A stretch of 32,000 nt of DNA from Planctomycetota bacterium (GTDB taxonomy: Bacteria; Planctomycetota; Brocadiia; Brocadiales; Bathyanammoxibiaceae), in contig JACQVQ010000012.1 in NCBI GenBank assembly GCA_016209685.1, forward strand, positions 79,584 through 111,583, in the 5' to 3' direction. Of this stretch, positions 26,228 through 32,000 are shown piece after piece. A program made the position numbers and the translations under genes. Position 1 is the stretch's first letter. Each line of letters begins with the position of its first letter. The notes beneath the pieces were generated by a model. That model did no database searches. It saw nothing but the letters and a program-made list of their open reading frames with translations, and had not been told where the DNA came from.

Positions 26228-26594
26228 GATAAATATGTTTAAGCGGTGCTGGAGCTTTAATAGAGCTAATAAAAGACTTTATGTAAATTCCGCATACCAC
26301 CTGTGGTCAAGTCCTTTTTTTTCTGTAAAAACTAAGAGGCGTAAGTACCTCCTTAATTAACATTAAGCCACAGTTCTCAAGGGGTGGAGTTCTTCCCTCA
26401 GGCGGTTAAGTTCTCTAAGGATACTGGGCGTCATCTTCACCCCATGCCACCTCACCATCTCAACCACAGCCTTACACAGTATTTCACCTGATAGCCTGGC
26501 GGAGTGCAGGGCTGACTTCAAAGACGAGCTTCTTTAGGTCTTCGCCCAGTACCACGCTGGCATCCAGGATTTCCAGCCCAGCCAAGAGTATTGC

Positions 26595-26942
26595 TTATTT
26601 TTCTATTTCTTTTAATATCCGTTCTACTGCCTCTTTTAGTGGCTGTAAATCCTGGTTTACTGTGCTCCAGACTCTTTCTAAATCAGTCCTGAAGTACTCG
26701 TGCATAAGTATGTCTCGCATACCGGCAATATCACGCCAGGGTATTTGTGGATATTTGGACTTTATGGAATCGGGTACCTTCTTTACCGCTTCGCCGATTT
26801 TTGCCAGAAGGTATACCGTAGCATAAGCCTTCTCTTTACTATTGACAAATGAGTTGAAGTCTTTCAAACCACTTATAAATCCTTCAATCTCTCCGACAGC
26901 GTCTAAAATATCTTCAAGATAGTCCCTGATTTCTCTTTTCAT
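26595..26942 (-). CDS. hepT: HepT-like HEPN ribonuclease toxin (DUF86)
   Basis: MKREIRDYLEDILDAVGEIEGFI...AKIGEAVKKVP...YPQIPWRDIAGMRDILMHEYF with Rx4HxY (RDILMHEY). Confidence 0.9.
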   Translation of the reverse strand: MKREIRDYLEDILDAVGEIEGFISGLKDFNSFVNSKEKAYATVYLLAKIGEAVKKVPDSIKSKYPQIPWRDIAGMRDILMHEYFRTDLERVWSTVNQDLQPLKEAVERILKEIEK

Positions 26943-27238
26943 AAATAGGCGACCTCTTGCAAAATTCTCCTGCCTATGTAAGGCTTCAGGCATTTTTTTT
27001 CTACTAAATCTACCTTTACACCCAGCAGGTCGCTTAAAAGATTCTGTAAGTGGATGAATTCAATCAGGCTTAATTTTGCATCTTCTTCAAACTCCACTAA
27101 AACGTCCAAATCGCTATTTTTCTCCTGCTCATCCCTTACGTAAGAACCAAAGATGCCTATCTCTTTCACCTTGAATCTTTTTCTTAGTTCCTCCTTATGT
27201 TGTTTCAGTAAGGTCTTTATTTCTTTAAGGGTTTTCAT
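26939..27238 (-). CDS. mntA: MntA-like minimal nucleotidyltransferase antitoxin
   Basis: KEIGIFGSYVRDEQEKNSDLDVLVEFEEDAKLSLIEFIHLQNLLSDLLGVKVDLVEK contains GSx10DxD. ATGA overlap with hepT. Confidence 0.9.
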   Translation of the reverse strand: MKTLKEIKTLLKQHKEELRKRFKVKEIGIFGSYVRDEQEKNSDLDVLVEFEEDAKLSLIEFIHLQNLLSDLLGVKVDLVEKKCLKPYIGRRILQEVAYL

Positions 27239-27425
27239 ATCTATATCCCCTGCATCCGAAGAGTTCAAAGCCCTGAAAACAGTCTTTATCCTTAGGACAT
27301 TAAGTCGAGGGGCATTTTATCACAAGGACGGCCCTTTTCAAAGAATTAAGGCTACCCCCAAAAGCTGTTTGACTTTTCAGAAGAAACCAGATAAAATACT
27401 TTTGTAAATTCAAAGGTACAAAACT

Positions 27426-28557
27426 ATGCTGAAAGACTTTAATCTCTTCCAAACACGCCTCGTAAGCCTGAGGGACTCTCTTTGACCTGGGGGCCAAAGA
27501 AAAAGAGCTAGCCCTGCTTGAGGAAAAGCTAGCCTCCGGGAACCTGTGGAAGGACAAAGACAAGTCTCAGGAAACCCTGAAGAGACTCAAGGCACTCAAA
27601 GAGATAACGATTCCCTTTAAAGAATTGGAAAAGTCCTGGGAGGAAGTGGTGCTTCTTGACCAGCTTGCAGAAGAAGACTCAAGTTTTACAGAAGAACTAG
27701 AACAAAACCTCCGTACCTTCCAGGGAAAGCTGGACAAGTTTGAACTCAAGACCCTCCTCAACCAACCCCATGACCACTGCAACGCCTACCTCAGCATCCA
27801 TGCCGGGGCCGGCGGGACGGAGTCCTGCGACTGGGTTGCCATGCTCCTGAGGATGTACCTACGCTGGATGGAAAAAAACGGTTATACCCAGGATACGGTG
27901 GACCTCCAGCCCGGTGAGGAGGCAGGGATAAAGAGGGTGGTCTTACACGTAAAAGGAGAAAGGGCCTATGGCTACCTCTGCGGAGAGGCAGGGGTGCACA
28001 GGCTGGTAAGGATTTCCCCGTTTGACGCCAACCAGAGGAGACACACCTCTTTTGCCGCCGTAGACGTCCTCCCTGAGATTGAGGAGGAGGGCGAAGTGGA
28101 AATCCGAGAGGAAGACCTGAAGACAGAGACCTTCCGGGCCGGCGGGGCAGGAGGACAACACGTCAACAAGACGTCTTCTGCCGTCAGAATAATCCATATC
28201 CCCACAGGAATCATTATACAGTGCCAGAACGAGCGCTCCCAGCATCAGAACCGCAGGACGGCCATGAACATGCTCAAGGCAAGGTTATACCAGATAAAGG
28301 AGGCCGAAAGGATGAAGCAACTCTCCCAGCTCTACGATGAAAAGGGGGAGATTGCCTGGGGCTATCAAATCCGCTCCTACGTACTCCACCCCTATAACCT
28401 GGTAAAAGACCTCCGCACGGGAAGAGAGACCAGCAATGCCCGGGCGGTGCTGGATGGCGACATAGATGCCTTCCTGGATGCCTATCTCAGATACAGACTG
28501 GCCAATCGTGAGGCCTCCACCTCAGGTGGAAACACGCCACAGACCAAGGCCACTTAA
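27426..28557 (+). CDS. prfB: Peptide chain release factor 2 with programmed +1 frameshift at CTTTGAC
   Basis: ORF0 27426-27485 encodes MLKDFNLFQTRLVSLRDSL then TGA in CTT-TGA-C (27480-27486). The +1 frame from 27484 is in phase with the RF2 body (GGTESCDW, GGAGGQHVNKTSSAVRIIHIPTGI). Confidence 0.95.
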
Positions 28558-28574
28558 ACATAGTTCAGAGAGTA

Positions 28575-28658
28575 TAGCGTGCGAGCTTGTCTCGCACGCC
28601 GTTTAAACGAAGGACCAAAATCCGTGCGACATCCGCCTGAGGCGGATCGCACGCTACA
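28575..28658. repeat. Palindromic element TAGCGTGCGAG...TCGCACGCTACA with internal hairpin and nested TCCGCCTGAGGCGGA
   Basis: Termini at 28575-28585 and 28648-28658, inner palindrome 28632-28646. Confidence 0.85.
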
Positions 28659-28691
28659 TAAAACGGGTGTGCTGAGGGAAAGGAAATAAAA

Positions 28692-29948
28692 ATGGACCCC
28701 CTGAAACAAGTTGACCCTGAAGTATGGCAGGCCATTAAAGGAGAGATTGAGAGACAAAAGACCCACCTGGAGCTTATCGCCGCAGAAAACTACTGTAGCC
28801 CGGCAGTGCTCCAGGCCCAGGGCTCCGTCCTTACCAATAAATACGCCGAGGGCTATCCAGGCAAGCGATACTACGGAGGTTGTGAACACGTTGACGTAGT
28901 GGAGAGGCTTGCCATTGACAGGGCTAAGGAACTCTTCGGGGCCGAACACGCCAACGTCCAGCCCCACGCCGGCTCCCAGGCCAACATGGCCGTCTATTTC
29001 ACCGCCATAGCCCCGGAGTGCAAAGTCCTGGGTATGGACATCACCCACGGTGGACACCTGACCCACGGGTTCAAGAAGAACTTCTCAGGTCAACTCTATG
29101 AGGCAAGGACCTATGGGGTGGATAAAGAGACCAAGCTCCTGGACTATGCGGCCATCCGTAAACAGGCCCAGGAGTTCCAGCCCGACCTCCTCATTGCAGG
29201 GGCCAGTGCCTACTCCAGGGCCATAGATTTCAGCAAGTTCAGGGAGATCGCCGACGAGGTAGGGGCCATCCTTATGGTAGACATGGCCCACATAGCAGGG
29301 CTCATTGCTGGCAAGGTACATCCCGACCCCGTCCCCTACGCCGACTTTGTTACCTCCACCACCCACAAGACCCTCGGAGGGCCAAGGGGAGGACTCATCC
29401 TGTGCAAGGCCAAATATGCCAAAAAGATAGACCAGGTGGTCTTCCCGGGGATGCAGGGAGGGCCGATGATGCACATCATTGCCGCCAAGGCTGTAGCCTT
29501 TAAAGAGGCCATGACCGAGGCCTTTGCAGAGAGACAGAGGCAGACCGTCGCCAACTCCAGGGCCCTGGCCCAGGCACTCCAGGAGAGGGGTTACTCCATC
29601 CTCACCGGAGGTACCGATAATCACCTATTCCTGGTGGACCTCACAAATAAGGGCCTCACAGGAAAGGAGGCCGTAAGCTACCTGGGAGAGGCCGCCGTAA
29701 CCGTAAATAAGAACCTTATACCCTTTGATACCCGCAGTCCCTTTGAAACCAGTGGAATAAGACTAGGCACGGCCGCCAGTACCACTAGGGGGATGAAAGA
29801 GACAGAGATGGCCCAGATTGCACAGTTCATAGACCAGATACTTTCTGCCCCAAAGGATGAAGAGATAAAAAAGAGGGTGAAAAAGGAGGTCCACGAACTC
29901 TGCGAGGCCTTCCCTATCTATGAACAAGAGGCCCTGGCAACCCTTTGA
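28692..29948 (+). CDS. glyA: Serine hydroxymethyltransferase
   Basis: [46 protein letters not shown]..., PLP-binding [19 protein letters not shown]. Confidence 0.96.
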   Translation: MDPLKQVDPEVWQAIKGEIERQKTHLELIAAENYCSPAVLQAQGSVLTNKYAEGYPGKRYYGGCEHVDVVERLAIDRAKELFGAEHANVQPHAGSQANMAVYFTAIAPECKVLGMDITHGGHLTHGFKKNFSGQLYEARTYGVDKETKLLDYAAIRKQAQEFQPDLLIAGASAYSRAIDFSKFREIADEVGAILMVDMAHIAGLIAGKVHPDPVPYADFVTSTTHKTLGGPRGGLILCKAKYAKKIDQVVFPGMQGGPMMHIIAAKAVAFKEAMTEAFAERQRQTVANSRALAQALQERGYSILTGGTDNHLFLVDLTNKGLTGKEAVSYLGEAAVTVNKNLIPFDTRSPFETSGIRLGTAASTTRGMKETEMAQIAQFIDQILSAPKDEEIKKRVKKEVHELCEAFPIYEQEALATL

Positions 29949-29950
29949 AC

Positions 29951-30025
29951 TAGGGGGTAGGGAGTAGGGGATAGGGGGTAGTAAAAAGATTGCTACTCCC
30001 CACTCCCTACCCCCTAACCCCTAAC
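29951..30025. repeat. G-rich/C-rich inverted repeat ending next to the gpsA start
   Basis: TAGGGGGTAGGGAGTAGGGGATAGGGGGTAGT ... ACTCCCCACTCCCTACCCCCTAACCCCTAAC. Confidence 0.85.
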
Positions 30026-31048
30026 ATGAAGCCTATTAAAAAGATAGCTGTCCTGGGTAACGGTGGTTGGGGTACCGCCCTGGCCATCCTCCTCTATAAA
30101 AAGGGACTGGACGTCCTCCTCTGGGGGAATTCTAAGGAATACATGGAATTCCTTGAGAAGAAGAGGGAGAACGTAAAATACCTCCCTGGGGTAAGCCTCC
30201 CTAAAGGGCTGTCCCTTACCTCCGACCTAACAGTCGCCTCTAAGGAGAGGGAACTCTTCGTAGTAGCCATTCCTACCCCTTATCTGCGTTCAGTCATGGA
30301 GAGGTTCAGGCCCCACTATCCCCCCAAGGCCCCCCTCTTGAGCGTAGCCAAAGGGATAGAGAACGAGACCCTCCTCATGGCCAGCCAGGTCGTATCAGAC
30401 GTACTAGGGGATTCCGCCTCAGGCAGACTGGCCCTCCTCCTGGGACCAAGCCATGCCGAAGAAGTAGCCAGGGACCTGCCCACCACGGTAGTGGCCTCCT
30501 CCAGGAGACAGGCCCTGGCTAAAGAGGTCCAGCATATCTTCACCACCGAACGTTTCAGGGTCTACACTAACCCGGACACGGTGGGTGTGGAGGTGGGGGC
30601 GGCAGTAAAGAACGTCATTGCCATCGCCGCCGGGATATGTGACGGCATGGGGTTCGGGGACAATACCAAGGCCGCACTCATTGCCAGGGGACTGGTTGAG
30701 ATTGCCAGGCTTGGTGTAAAGATGGGGGCCGAACGGGCCACCTTCTCTGGCCTTACTGGACTGGGAGACCTTATAACCACCTGCACAAGTAAGTACGGCA
30801 GAAACCGCTCCGTGGGGGAACAGCTGGGAAAGGGCCGAAGGCTAAAGAATATACTGGAGGGGATGGAACAGGTGGCCGAAGGCATTTATACCACCCGCTC
30901 CGTGAAATTATTGGCCGAGAGACACAAGGTAGAGATGCCCATCTCTGAGGAGATATACCAAATCCTTTATGAGGATAAAGACCCCCGCCAGGCCGTCAGT
31001 GACCTCATGATGCGCAGCCCCAGGGCAGAGATGGAAGAGTTGGAGTAG
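30026..31048 (+). CDS. gpsA: Glycerol-3-phosphate dehydrogenase [NAD(P)+]
   Basis: MKPIKKIAVLGNGGWGTALAILLYKKG..., GLGDLITTCTSKYGRNRSVGEQLGKG. ATG at 30026 is preferred over the TTG at 29990, which lies in the repeat. Confidence 0.94.
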   Translation: MKPIKKIAVLGNGGWGTALAILLYKKGLDVLLWGNSKEYMEFLEKKRENVKYLPGVSLPKGLSLTSDLTVASKERELFVVAIPTPYLRSVMERFRPHYPPKAPLLSVAKGIENETLLMASQVVSDVLGDSASGRLALLLGPSHAEEVARDLPTTVVASSRRQALAKEVQHIFTTERFRVYTNPDTVGVEVGAAVKNVIAIAAGICDGMGFGDNTKAALIARGLVEIARLGVKMGAERATFSGLTGLGDLITTCTSKYGRNRSVGEQLGKGRRLKNILEGMEQVAEGIYTTRSVKLLAERHKVEMPISEEIYQILYEDKDPRQAVSDLMMRSPRAEMEELE

Positions 31049-31083
31049 GGGCATCCGCCTGAGGCGGACAACGTGCCCCTACA
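31045..31083. repeat. Palindromic element GTAGGGGCA-TCCGCCTGAGGCGGA-caacg-TGCCCCTACA
   Basis: Direct reading. It spans the stop codons of gpsA (31046-31048) and nadC (31079-31081). Confidence 0.95.
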
Positions 31084-31942
31084 TTTTCAGGGATATATCC
31101 AGTGCCTTTGCAGAGTGGGTGAGGGCGCCCACAGAAATCCTGTCCACCCCAGTCCTGGCAATGGCCTCTACGTTCTCCAGGGTAACCCCTCCGGATACCT
31201 CCACCATCGGGGGATGGAGGGGGTGGGTCTGGCGGATGCTTTTTGCGGCCTTTGCTATCTCTTCCACAGTCATATTGTCCAGGAGTATGATGTCTGGTTT
31301 TGCGGCAATGGCCTCCTCCAGTTCCTCCGGGGTCTTCACCTCTACCTCTATCAACATCCACTGGGGGGCCTTCTCCCTGGCCAGTCGTACGCCTTTAGCC
31401 AGTGCCTTTCCAGCCTCCAGGGCCATAAGGTGATTATCCTTGATGAGTACCTGGTCATAAAGCCCCATCCGGTGGTTCAGCCCCCCGCCCACCCTTACGG
31501 CGTATTTTTCCAGACTCCTCCACCCCGGGACCGTCTTGCGGGTGTCGTAGATTTTGGCATGATAATCCTTAATCTTCTCTACAAACAGGGCGGTGAGGGT
31601 GGCTATCCCTGAGAGCCTCTGGATAAAGTTGAGGGCCACACGTTCTCCAGCCAGGATGCCCCTGGCAGGGCCAGAGACCTCCGCCAGGACTCTACCTGGC
31701 AACACCCTAGCGCCCTCTTCCACGTTAGGGCTGAAAGAGACCTTCTTGTTGATTTGCTGATAGACCCTGCTGGCCACGGGAAGTCCAGCCACAACCCCAG
31801 TCTCTTTGGCCATCACCTCTCCCCTGGCGGTCTGCCACTCCGGGACGAGGACATCGGTGGTAACATCACCACCGCCGATGTCCTCCCTTATGGCCATCTC
31901 TATGAGCTGGTCTATCTCTTTCAGGTCAAGTGGTTCCAACAT
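31079..31942 (-). CDS. nadC: Nicotinate-nucleotide pyrophosphorylase (carboxylating)
   Basis: IREDIGGGDVTTDVLVPE, LNFIQRLSGIATLT, YDTRKTVPGWRSLEKYAVRVGGGLNHRMGLYDQVLIKDNH. Confidence 0.95.
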   Translation of the reverse strand: MLEPLDLKEIDQLIEMAIREDIGGGDVTTDVLVPEWQTARGEVMAKETGVVAGLPVASRVYQQINKKVSFSPNVEEGARVLPGRVLAEVSGPARGILAGERVALNFIQRLSGIATLTALFVEKIKDYHAKIYDTRKTVPGWRSLEKYAVRVGGGLNHRMGLYDQVLIKDNHLMALEAGKALAKGVRLAREKAPQWMLIEVEVKTPEELEEAIAAKPDIILLDNMTVEEIAKAAKSIRQTHPLHPPMVEVSGGVTLENVEAIARTGVDRISVGALTHSAKALDISLKM

Positions 31943-32000
31943 GCAATCGCCATCCTTACAAAAGAAGGTAACAGATTTCTACCTGTTACCTGTTACCTGT

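Noticed and set aside
27567-27782. Antisense ORF at the 5' end of prfB, and the idea that RF2 is N-terminally truncated
   Set aside because: The true N-terminus is recovered through the +1 frameshift at CTTTGAC; the antisense ORF is a shadow.

Overview
This 32 kb window looks like ordinary bacterial chromosome of about 50% GC, carrying housekeeping genes and a few accessory blocks. I found no transposase, prophage or CRISPR array. In order, the content is: (1) on the minus strand, feoB, a YkgJ-type Cys-cluster protein, three related lipoproteins and a CKMCH heme-domain protein; (2) on the plus strand, a TDT/SLAC1-type carrier with an N-terminal helical domain, a NarK-like MFS carrier, a small membrane protein and a TPR protein; (3) a hicBA pair; (4) a minus-strand lipid/polyketide-like cluster, in transcription order acpS, B12-type radical SAM, ketosynthase with intact C-H-H, ketosynthase-like subunit with all three catalytic residues replaced (F-N-E), FadH-like FMN/4Fe-4S/FAD reductase, fabG, and a muconolactone-isomerase-like protein; (5) a MATE exporter, a damaged tRNA copy plus an apparently complete one, and thrS-infC-rpmI-rplT; (6) galU; (7) a HEPN/TA island with an LA2681-like HEPN protein and mntA-hepT; (8) prfB with a verified in-frame +1 frameshift site, then glyA, gpsA and nadC. 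The strongest candidate for a new system is the alpha/beta ketosynthase plus radical SAM cluster. The second theme is several families of intergenic palindromes and short repeats that abut genes. A TCCGCC-NNN-GGCGGA cassette recurs in different contexts, including the anticodon arm of a tRNA pseudogene. The end of one such palindrome supplies the stop codons of both gpsA and nadC. All family assignments come from reading motifs and overall sequence character; no database search was run.
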